Positions 35,904-44,179 of a DNA stretch of 64,000 bases are shown piece after piece (the stretch's first letter is position 1; each line of letters starts with the position of its first letter). The stretch comes from Eubacteriales bacterium (GTDB lineage Bacteria > Bacillota > Clostridia > Oscillospirales > CAG-272). Below the pieces are notes generated by a model, which saw only the letters and a program-made list of their open reading frames with translations, did not search any database and was not told the origin of the DNA. The DNA lies in NCBI GenBank assembly GCA_045644045.1, contig JAZRGD010000099.1:7126-71125 (forward strand), read 5' to 3'. Made by a program: the position numbers and the translations under genes.

Positions 35904-37424
35904 ATGAAAAAAACACTTCTAACGTTATTTTTTGCCTTTGTTCTCGCACTTTCGGTTGCATCCTGCAATGGAGGAGAGACGCCCTCTGACGGCCCCGAGA
36001 ATGGGCCCGCCGAATGCGTCCACGAGTATTCGAAGATGGGCTACCACGCGAGTGCCCATTATAAGGTCTGCGCGCTCTGCGGTGAAAAGGACGCGTCCAC
36101 CACGGAAGCCCACACGCTTGACCTCAGCGGTGTCTGCGGATGCGGATGCACCTTTAAGGTCATCTCCTACTTGGATGACGGCTGGCGTGAATATCGGATC
36201 CTCTTTGGAGATCTGGTAGTCAAGGAAGGCGCTGTTTATCTCGACGGCTCGGAGTTCTATCTCCTCACCACGTATGACGAAAGCGGCAAGATCATCAAGG
36301 AGGAGGACATTGACACCTACGGCGAGCTGTTTCTTATGGAGCACTATGAATATAACGCCGCGGGAAAGCTCACGAAACGCTCCGCCTACTATGAAGAGGT
36401 CTTGGTCGGATATTATCTTTACGAATACGATGCGGAAGGAAAGCTCTACAAGGAGTCGGACTATGATTCGGACGGCACGCTTGACGATTACACCGTTTAT
36501 ATCTACGACGCAAACGGTCGCGTGATCCGAGAGGACGATTACCATGAGGACGGTGAGCTCGACGAATATCACGTTCTCGAATACAACGCACAAGGCACAC
36601 TGATCAAAAAGAGCACCTATGACGAGGATGGCGTCCTCAACGACTCTTACGAATACGGCGAAGACGGCACTCTCCTCAAAGAGATCTACGACTACCCCGG
36701 GGAATACTATGAGTATATCGAATACAATACGCTCGGTGCCCCACTCAAGAGCACTTATGAAGATTACGAGAGCGGAACTCGCCAAGAAGACGTTTATACC
36801 CGCGACAAGGACAGCAATCTCTTAACCGTAACCGTTCAGTATTTTATAGACGGTGTTCTTGACTTCACCGAGCTGCATACGTACAACGACAAGGGCCTGC
36901 TCTCGCGTTTAGACGTTGACCACCCGAGCTCCCCCGAGTATAACAGCTATACCGTCTACACCTACGACGAAAAGGGCAAGCGCATCGAGCAAAGCACCTA
37001 CCAAAACGGCGAACTCCACGAGCGCGTGAGATTTGAATACAACGACAAGGGAGAAGAGACGAAGCAGATCTTTCTTGACGCGGACGGAAACGTGCTTTTT
37101 GTCCAAGTTAACGAGTATACCGACGAAAACACGCACGTGCAAACCGAATATTACGGCGATATGGTCAGCCTGAAGGAAATCGTCATATGGTCGAACGAAA
37201 CGGGGTATATCATACTTGAAAAGGAATACGCCAAAAACGGTGACGTGACCTATTTCTACGAGGGAACGCCGTACGGCGAGGGTGTCATCCATCAAAGCGA
37301 GATGGATGACGGTGATTGCACAACGGCAAGGCATTGCACCGACTGCGACTTTATCTTCGCCCCCGCGCGAGAGCACGTCTTTGAAAACGGCTACTGCCAA
37401 AGCTGCCACAAAGCGGCAGAATAA
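35904..37424 (+). CDS. Lipoprotein with ~14 YD/MORN-like ~22-aa repeats flanked by Cys-rich clusters
   Basis: Signal peptide plus lipobox (LALSVAS-C). Repeats of the type Y.YD..GKL.KE..YD.DG.L (e.g. YEYDAEGKLYKESDYDSDGTLDDYTVYIYDANGRVIRE). Cys clusters sit near both ends (CALCG...CGCGC; CTTARHCTDC...CQSCH). Confidence 0.7.
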   Translation: MKKTLLTLFFAFVLALSVASCNGGETPSDGPENGPAECVHEYSKMGYHASAHYKVCALCGEKDASTTEAHTLDLSGVCGCGCTFKVISYLDDGWREYRILFGDLVVKEGAVYLDGSEFYLLTTYDESGKIIKEEDIDTYGELFLMEHYEYNAAGKLTKRSAYYEEVLVGYYLYEYDAEGKLYKESDYDSDGTLDDYTVYIYDANGRVIREDDYHEDGELDEYHVLEYNAQGTLIKKSTYDEDGVLNDSYEYGEDGTLLKEIYDYPGEYYEYIEYNTLGAPLKSTYEDYESGTRQEDVYTRDKDSNLLTVTVQYFIDGVLDFTELHTYNDKGLLSRLDVDHPSSPEYNSYTVYTYDEKGKRIEQSTYQNGELHERVRFEYNDKGEETKQIFLDADGNVLFVQVNEYTDENTHVQTEYYGDMVSLKEIVIWSNETGYIILEKEYAKNGDVTYFYEGTPYGEGVIHQSEMDDGDCTTARHCTDCDFIFAPAREHVFENGYCQSCHKAAE

Positions 37425-37433
37425 AAACCGACC

Positions 37434-37683
37434 ATACGCAAAGAAGAGCGACCACGGTCGCTCTTCTTTTTTCTTTTTTCCATGGAAAAACCATGAAACT
37501 TTTATGCTTGCGCTTCCCTATTAGAGCTCAAAAATGGAAACGGGGAAAGTGGAAGTTTTTAAGCAATGATATTATATCGCAAAACATAGCACTTGCTACC
37601 TTGACAGATACTTTAAGTAAGATACCCGTAAAAGGCAGACTGCGGTCTGCCCTTTTTTGTATGAATTTATAGACTTTCAAGGA
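37434..37683. repeat. Left copy of a composite terminator-pair repeat (T1 37441-37472, T2 37630-37658, plus shared tail TTTATAGACTTTCAAGGA)
   Basis: The 39-nt run atacgcaaagaagagcgaccacggtcgctcttctttttt is identical to 38814-38852. aaaaggcagactgcggtctgcccttttttgtatgaatttatagactttcaagga is similar to 38952-39008. The interior between T1 and T2 differs. Confidence 0.8.
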
Positions 37684-37948
37684 AAGTAAGGAGAAGCGTT
37701 TTTTGCTTAGGAGAAAGCCTAGAAAAAGCGGACGCTATTTCATCTGAGTCCGCATCGTCCTTGAAAAATTCTTGCATGGAAATGCTCATAGCATCACAAA
37801 GGAGCTGCAGATGTCCAACGGTAATATCCGCCTGACCAAGTTCAACGCGCCGAAGGTGGGTTTGAGATACGCCCGCTCTTTCCGCTAAGCCGTTTTGCGT
37901 AAAGCCGCACCGCTCCCGCAGACTAATCAATCTCTTGCTTACATCCAT
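37667..37948 (-). CDS. XRE-family HTH transcriptional regulator (93 aa)
   Basis: LISLRERCGFTQNGLAERAGVSQTHLRRVELGQ (HTH_3-like). AAGGAG 7 nt upstream of the ATG. Confidence 0.8.
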   Translation of the reverse strand: MDVSKRLISLRERCGFTQNGLAERAGVSQTHLRRVELGQADITVGHLQLLCDAMSISMQEFFKDDADSDEIASAFSRLSPKQKTLLLTFLESL

Positions 37949-38018
37949 AACGTTTCTCCTTGTTAGTCCTATAAGAATATATTATCACAATTTTTCTAAA
38001 AACATTATCCTTATAGGG

Positions 38019-38047
38019 TTGACATTTTAGTCTTATAATGTTATAAT
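38019..38047 (+). promoter_or_regulatory. Perfect-consensus sigma-A promoter (TTGACA-17 nt-TATAAT) for the AT-rich ORF, overlapped by TTAGTCYTATAA motifs
   Basis: Read directly. The motif ttagtcctataag (37963-37975) recurs as ttagtcttataat (38027-38039). The inverted pair CCTATAAG (37968-75) / CTTATAGG (38010-17) is a plausible operator. Confidence 0.55.
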
Positions 38048-38106
38048 AGGCTTGCTCAGCTCTTCGCTAGCAAATCAATAAAGCAATCCGATTGGAGGAA
38101 TGAACA

Positions 38107-38757
38107 ATGACAGAAGGAAAAAGTGAATTTGATACAAGGTATCAAAACTGGGAAACGTGGGTGATTCCAGGCAAAAATTGGTGGCCAATGCATGATCCAT
38201 GGAATTTTGAGCGCCAAAGGCTATACAAATTGCTCGGAATTAAAATAATCAAAAAAATTAAAAAAACCTATGGCGGCACCTATGAAACAGGAGAATACCA
38301 AATAACTAAAACCTCTGCGAACACATATAGCGTCGGCAAGAAAACTGAATCTTATAGTGTTCGCGATACTTATTATATCATTGGATATGATAAGGATAAA
38401 ATCACCGATCTTGAAAAATATGAAAAACTCAGGGAAACAATGGAACTCTTTTTAGCAGAAGCTGAAAAGAAATTCCCAACAAAGTATAACGACCGTGATA
38501 AATGGGAAAATATAACTCCCGCATATTTTAATTTCAAGACAAGACTTAAGCTGCGTTGGAAAAACGAGTTGATATTGTTTGCGACCTCCTGTCTTCTTAT
38601 TCTACCGGCACCCATTGTCTTAATTAAAACAATATTATATCATACAACTTTCAATAAAAAATTTTCAAAATATAGACCTTTGGCAAGCGATTACTTCGAT
38701 CGATTGAAAGAATTCGAAGAAGAGATTAAGAAGATTTGCAACTTTGACAACAATTGA
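38107..38757 (+). CDS. Hypothetical protein (216 aa), strongly AT-rich gene, Trp-rich N-terminus, one hydrophobic segment near the C-terminus
   Basis: ORF track. GGAGG 8 nt upstream of the ATG. Composition is visibly far more AT-rich than all neighbours. Hydrophobic LILFATSCLLILPAPIVLIKTIL. No family recognised. Confidence 0.6.
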   Translation: MTEGKSEFDTRYQNWETWVIPGKNWWPMHDPWNFERQRLYKLLGIKIIKKIKKTYGGTYETGEYQITKTSANTYSVGKKTESYSVRDTYYIIGYDKDKITDLEKYEKLRETMELFLAEAEKKFPTKYNDRDKWENITPAYFNFKTRLKLRWKNELILFATSCLLILPAPIVLIKTILYHTTFNKKFSKYRPLASDYFDRLKEFEEEIKKICNFDNN

Positions 38758-38813
38758 AGCAAAAGAAAATTTATCATTATGGAAGAAACAAGAACAACCG
38801 AATGCACGCAGTT

Positions 38814-39008
38814 ATACGCAAAGAAGAGCGACCACGGTCGCTCTTCTTTTTTGCTTTCACTATGAAATACACTTATTTGGTCATGATGAATGCAAATGGG
38901 CAAGGCGGAAAATTTCATGCTAACGTTACTTTTACAGTTGTTGCAGAAAGCAAAAGGGCAGACTGTGAAGTCTGCCCTTTTGCGTATGTATTTATAGACT
39001 TTCAAGGA
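38814..39008. repeat. Right copy of the composite terminator-pair repeat (T1 38821-38852, T2 38952-38984, plus shared tail)
   Basis: See the left copy. T1 is identical. T2 and the tail are similar, with a few substitutions or indels. Confidence 0.8.
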
Positions 39009-39012
39009 TTTT

Positions 39013-40514
39013 TTAGTCTTTAAGCAGCTCGTTGATGGTCTGCACCGTTTTGCGGACCAAGAGGTCGCCGCCCTCGTGACCTGTCACGCCACTGGAAACG
39101 TAGGCGGAATAATGGCTTCCCTGCTCCGCCTTTTCGGTGGGAAGATAGCCGTAGTAACCGCAGGCAAGCTGCACGAGGAAGGTTTGCGAGGCGTGGCTTC
39201 TCGCGCGCATTTGGTTGCCGTAATCCAAGAAAAGCTCGTAGGGGTTGGTGGCAAAGGCCACGTCTCCCAAGCGAATGACGTGTATCTCGTTAGGAAGGGT
39301 ATCCACGATCTCCTGCGCCTTGCTTCTGGCGACCACGCCCGCGTGCACGTACATCTTCGCCTTTTCGTTAAAGGTGATGACGCCGTCGCCCACCTCATCG
39401 GCAAACTCCCTAATGGCCTTCACGGCGGCATCTCTCTCGGCGGGAGTCACGCGGCGAAGGGGAACGTCTACCGTCAGCGTTTTGTGGATCAGTACCGTGT
39501 CCTCTACCCGATCCGCCTCGGTCAAGCCCTCGTAGGCATACAAAACCTCGTTGGCGATCCTGCGACCCACCAAGGCACAGCCTTCAAGTCAAACATGGAG
39601 GGGTCCGCGTTGCGGACGGTCACATCCTCTCTTACGATGTTGGGGTCGTTGATGGGGGTCTCGGGCTCTACCCAGCGGATCATATCGCGGGGGCACTGAT
39701 CGCCCGCAGGGGCGCAAAGACCCAAAAGAAGGATCTCCTCTCCCAGCTCACGGCGCAGAAGCTCCTTCACCTTGCCCCAATAATCCGAGGAAATAAAGCT
39801 TCTATGCTCAAGGACCTGGGCGGGGCAAGCCACGTTTGCCACCACACCCGTCAGCTTCCCCTTCTTGTCAAAGGTAAAAAGCAGCTCGATGCCACTGTCG
39901 TTGCCTCCCTCCAGCGCGGTAAAGGCGGCGGTGTCGGTATCGCCCCACATCTTAGCCGAGCCGTCGCTGTAGCAAACGCGGCGGCACATACCCACGGCGG
40001 CTCTGCCAAAGCCCTTGGCGTAAGAGCCCTGCGCGCGGCTTTCCCAAGCTGTCTGTGCCGCCTCGGCAATGCGATCGGCAAAGAAATCGAACGCCTCTTG
40101 TCCCCTAAAAAGATCGTCTCCCGCATACTTGACCAGCTCCTCGTATTTAAGACTCGGGCAAAGGGAAAGCAGCACGTCGAGCGCTGTACCACTGGTGACC
40201 GACATATCCGAGCGAAACGCGAATTCAGGCGCGGTATGGGTGTGGATGGCGCTGATCACGACCTTATCCAAGGGAAGGCCCTCTACCGCCGCCAGTCTTT
40301 CTCTGACGGCGCACAAAAGCTTGTGGCTGACAGAAACCAGGTCGCAGGCACAAAAGATCATGCTATCCTCCCCTGCCTCCATCGCCATAGCGGTGACGGT
40401 GATGGGGCTCTCCACCTCGTCGGTGATCCTCTCGTAAAACTGACCTGCCAGATTCACCTTTCTTCCTTTGGGAATGAGGTCGATCTCACTCCAACCGATC
40501 TTGATGCTTGCCAT
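39013..40514 (-). pseudogene. Neutral/alkaline ceramidase-like hydrolase, split by a single -1/+2 frameshift near 39575-39595 (track ORFs 39522..40568 and 39013..39573)
   Basis: Two overlapping same-strand ORFs in different frames. The upstream frame reads ...VRNADPSMFDLK, and the downstream frame continues LEGCALVGRRIANEVLYAYEGL... N-terminal IGWSEIDLIP...AIHTHTAPEF resembles the ceramidase_alk-type N-terminus. Likely start MASIKIG at 40514. Confidence 0.6.
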
Positions 40515-40714
40515 AATGATCCATCCTTTCAATTTTAAATAGCGGACGACAAAGGACCGTGCGGGCACGCCCGCGCTTCTGTCACCCTATACTACGCTTT
40601 TCATTATAACATAAACAAAAAAGAAAAAGCATGCAATTTCTGTCAAAATGCATGCAATTTCTTTCATTTTTTCGGTGTTTCTTCCCTTTGCGCAAGCCGT
40701 TTACAAGCGACTTC

Positions 40715-41707
40715 TTAACAAAGGAAAAGCACGCGGTCCTCGCCGTCGCCAAAGCGAAAAATATAAAGCTGCTTCTTCTCAGGGACCCAGACGGGAACGT
40801 CGATGGCAATGCCTGTTTTGTCCGCCGTTTCGGGCATGACGGGTCGGGTAGTTACGTATTGCGGACAAGGAAGGGGATTTTTGTCCTCTCCCCTTTTCTC
40901 GCCTGCCAACCAAAGCTCCTCATCATGCATATGTCCGCTGAGGCAGACCTTCACCCTGCCCGAAGCCTTAATGATACGCACCGCCTCTTCCACGTCCTCG
41001 ATCCAACCGCACAACGCCCCGACATAGGAAGTGGCAGTGTCGTGACCGTTCCACACCTCCAGCATCGCCTCGGCATCCTCGCGATATTCGTAATAAAAGG
41101 GCACGTGAGAAAACAGCAGCACGTCGTACTCCGTATCCAGCGCCACCTTCTCCAACCAAGCAAGCTGCGTCTTGCCGAACGCCCAAAGAGGGGTGGGATG
41201 CTCCGCCTCAATATCCGAGCCGTAGGGGATGGACAAAAAGACGAGGCGGGTGGCGGAAGAAGGAAAATCTACGTAATAATAGCACCCGTCGGTGTGATAG
41301 CGCGCAAGACCCGCGTCGTATTTTCCCTTGGTAAGCTCGTTCCAAAGCTCCGCCTTGAAGAAATCGGTGCCGACACCGTCGTGGTTGCCATTGATGAGCA
41401 ACACGGGACGCTTTACCGCCTCCGCAACGCGGTCAAAAAGCGCGGTCAGCGTTGCTTTCAACTTCTCGTTCGTAATATGCTGTCTTCTGCCGAGCATGGT
41501 CAAATTATCGCCAAGGTTTACGACCGCGTCGGGCGAGACCGCGTCCGTAATCAAGGCGAGCATCTCGCAAAGACGTGTCACCGCCTCCGCATCCGCCGCC
41601 GCAGCGTGAAGATCGGAAAACAGAGGGAAAACGAGAGACATGGGCGTTCTCACAGCCGCTACCTTTTGCGCCAAAGCTCTTGCGGCTTCCTTGAAATTAT
41701 CTTTCAT
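40715..41707 (-). CDS. Calcineurin-like metallophosphoesterase
   Basis: Motifs FSDLH, NLGDN, INGNHD, LFSHVP and SGHMHDE in canonical order. Confidence 0.8.
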   Translation of the reverse strand: MKDNFKEAARALAQKVAAVRTPMSLVFPLFSDLHAAAADAEAVTRLCEMLALITDAVSPDAVVNLGDNLTMLGRRQHITNEKLKATLTALFDRVAEAVKRPVLLINGNHDGVGTDFFKAELWNELTKGKYDAGLARYHTDGCYYYVDFPSSATRLVFLSIPYGSDIEAEHPTPLWAFGKTQLAWLEKVALDTEYDVLLFSHVPFYYEYREDAEAMLEVWNGHDTATSYVGALCGWIEDVEEAVRIIKASGRVKVCLSGHMHDEELWLAGEKRGEDKNPLPCPQYVTTRPVMPETADKTGIAIDVPVWVPEKKQLYIFRFGDGEDRVLFLC

Positions 41708-41977
41708 CGTGATTACTCTTTTCTAAAGTCATAGTACTTATGAGAAATCTCCTCACCGCGCGTATTATATCACGCTGTTCCATTTCTGTCAAGAGACTTT
41801 TACCTTTTGCCGCGCGGCAAGCCGAAAGCGCGCCATTGCGCGCGATCTCTTAACACCCCCGTAAATGCAAAATGCTTGCGCCGCAAAAATGGAACAAAGC
41901 ACCCGAAAGCCCTTGCATTTTCCTTCTCGGCATGCTATACTGTACCCATAAAAAACATTCCGCAAGGAGATCAGACG

Positions 41978-43057
41978 ATGACGGATTTTGCTTTTTCCGC
42001 CCCCAATATTCTTTCCTTCTCCCCCACCGTCTATGATGCGCGTCGCGCCCCCTTTCGCCTTCACGGGCTTTATAGACCCGATGAAGGGGGGCTTTTCCGC
42101 CGTATGCCGCGAGAAGTGGCAGAGGCCACAAATGAGGGAGTAAAGCTTCTTTATACCAACACGGCGGGAGCAAGAGTGCGCTTTGCCACAGATTCCGCCT
42201 TCGTTGCCGTGGGTGCGGTCTATCCCCCCATGGAATTTCTCTCCAAGGGCTCCGCCGCCCTTTCGGGCCTCGGTGCCTTTTGCTTCGACCTTTACGCGGA
42301 TGGCAGGCATATGGGCGTCTTACAGCCCGAATGCCTTACCGCAAGCAAAAACACCGCTTATTTCGATCTGTCGGGGGAGCGATACGAGGCAGTTGCCCAT
42401 TTTGGAGGTAAAAGGATGCGTGAAGTCACCCTTTTCTTCCCTTCCTTCGTCAATATCGAGGCGGTATATATCGGGTTGGAGGACGGCTGTACCTTAAAGG
42501 AGGCCGCCCCCTATAAAAACGAAAAGCCCGTGGTGATCTACGGCTCTTCCATCACCCAAGGGGCTTGCGCCTCTCGTCCCGGTAACACCTACCCCGCCAT
42601 TCTTTCCCGCCGACACGGCTTTGATTTTATCAATCTCGGCTTTGCGGGGAGCGCGAGAGCGGAGAGTGCCGTTATTGATTATCTTTGCTCCCTTGATGCC
42701 TGTATGCTGGTCTTCGACTACGACCACAACGCCCCCACGCCCGACTATCTGAGGCGCACCCATCTGCTTGCCCTGAGAAAGCTCCGCGAAGCCCATCCCG
42801 ATATTCCGTTTTTACTTTTGTCCAGACCCAACCAATGCGGCGGCGAAGCACAGGCGAGGGAGCGGGTCGCCATCATACAGGAAAGCTACGAGGCGTTATG
42901 CGCCGACGGCCACGGCCCTGTCCACTTTGTAAACGGACAGGATATTTTCGCAAGCCTTGACGGCGAGATGATGACCGCCGACGGCACCCACCCCAACGAC
43001 CTTGGCTTCTATGCCATGGCGAAAGCACTGTCGGAGGTCTTTGAAATCTATTTTTAA
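41978..43057 (+). CDS. SGNH/GDSL-family hydrolase (carbohydrate esterase-like) with N-terminal beta-sandwich domain
   Basis: ATG at 41978 with AAGGAGA 7 nt upstream. VIYGSSITQG (block I Ser), GFAGSARAE and DGTHPND (block V Asp/His). Confidence 0.75.
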   Translation: MTDFAFSAPNILSFSPTVYDARRAPFRLHGLYRPDEGGLFRRMPREVAEATNEGVKLLYTNTAGARVRFATDSAFVAVGAVYPPMEFLSKGSAALSGLGAFCFDLYADGRHMGVLQPECLTASKNTAYFDLSGERYEAVAHFGGKRMREVTLFFPSFVNIEAVYIGLEDGCTLKEAAPYKNEKPVVIYGSSITQGACASRPGNTYPAILSRRHGFDFINLGFAGSARAESAVIDYLCSLDACMLVFDYDHNAPTPDYLRRTHLLALRKLREAHPDIPFLLLSRPNQCGGEAQARERVAIIQESYEALCADGHGPVHFVNGQDIFASLDGEMMTADGTHPNDLGFYAMAKALSEVFEIYF

Positions 43058-43065
43058 GCGTATAA

Positions 43066-43116
43066 AAAGAAAGCTATGCGTGTTATTCTTAACAACGCGC
43101 ATAGCTTCTTTTTTTA
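43066..43116. terminator. Bidirectional rho-independent terminator
   Basis: GAAAGCTATGCG-N17-CGCATAGCTTC followed by tttttttt. An A-run lies upstream. It sits between convergent genes. Confidence 0.7.
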
Positions 43117-43821
43117 TTCTTTTATCGTTTCACGTGTATCCCAAAGGAAGGGAGTAAGCTCGCCCTGCTTGACACGGGCAACGAAGTCGGCCTCGTCGGC
43201 AATGGGGGTGTCTGCCCACATACCCGCGAGAAGGGTCTGCCTCGATGCCCAATGATTGTCCGAGCCCGCAAAAGGAATCAAGGCGTACTGCTCGGCGTAA
43301 TGCTTCGCCATACCGTCAAGAAAGGCGCGGTTCGCGACGGCGGCGTTATGGATCTCCACACCGTGAACGTGACGGGGGAAAAGACGGATGTGGTCGATAT
43401 AGCCTGCCTCAAGGAAGGGGTGGGCTTGGATGATAAGTGCCCCCGCCTCCGCCATTTCCGTCAGGCGCTCTGTGGTTTTCTTCGTAAGGCTTTCGGGGTG
43501 AGCGAGAAACCAATCCTTATCCAAACCGTATATAAGAAAATCCGTTCCCTTATAGCTGCACTCCACGCCAAGAAAGACAGGGAGACCGATTTCTCTGCCG
43601 ACGCGCACCCCTTCCTCGTAATCGACAAAATAAAAGTCTATCTGCTCCTCATAAGGCAAGCTTTTATCACACCCCACGTTACCGTCGAGAAAATGGTTGG
43701 TGATAAAAACCCCCGCATAGCCGAGACTTTTGTAATATTCAAGGCTCTCACGGACGGATGCCCTCGCGCATTTGCTGGCGGGCGAGGTATGTAAATGGGT
43801 CTCGTATAAATAAGGCTTCAT
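43114..43821 (-). CDS. PHP-domain metal-dependent phosphoesterase
   Basis: YETHLHTSP.S.C at the N-terminus, ITNHF, a later IQAHPF, and GSDNH. Confidence 0.75.
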   Translation of the reverse strand: MKPYLYETHLHTSPASKCARASVRESLEYYKSLGYAGVFITNHFLDGNVGCDKSLPYEEQIDFYFVDYEEGVRVGREIGLPVFLGVECSYKGTDFLIYGLDKDWFLAHPESLTKKTTERLTEMAEAGALIIQAHPFLEAGYIDHIRLFPRHVHGVEIHNAAVANRAFLDGMAKHYAEQYALIPFAGSDNHWASRQTLLAGMWADTPIADEADFVARVKQGELTPFLWDTRETIKE

Positions 43822-43898
43822 CTTTCTCTTTTCTCTCTTTTCTCACAAAATAACGGTGTTTCAAAAAAGCTGACGGGTGAAAACGCATCGGCTTTGGT

Positions 43899-44135
43899 TT
43901 ATTTCACGGTAAAGCCAATGTGGGAGATGGCATCCTCCACCGAGCGAAGAGAGGTGCCTCCGCCGTTGGCAAGGCAGATGCGCGCCGTCGCCGCGCCGTC
44001 GGGGACGTCGCCCTCGGCGGTATGCTCCATGGGAACGAAAACCTCGTATTTTTCGCGCAGGCGCGCGGCGAAGGTATGAATGAGCGCCGTTTCTCTCGCA
44101 TTAAAAAACGGCCCTGCCAAATAGATCTTTTGCAT
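43899..44135 (-). CDS. Nucleoside 2-deoxyribosyltransferase-like fragment (78 aa; about half the usual length)
   Basis: MQKIYLAGPFFNARE...EVFVPMEH matches the N-terminal half of the family. The expected C-terminal half (catalytic Glu region) is not seen. Possibly a remnant. Confidence 0.35.
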   Translation of the reverse strand: MQKIYLAGPFFNARETALIHTFAARLREKYEVFVPMEHTAEGDVPDGAATARICLANGGGTSLRSVEDAISHIGFTVK

Positions 44136-44179
44136 ATGCTCTCCTTTTGCCGCTTTGCGCGGTCTTTCGCCTCGTTCCG

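Noticed and set aside
38691-39023. Small ORFs 38691..39005 (-) and 38754..39023 (+) inside the right terminator-pair repeat.
   Set aside because: They run through two terminator hairpins, lack SDs, overlap each other on opposite strands, and have no counterpart in the left repeat copy. They are most likely non-coding.
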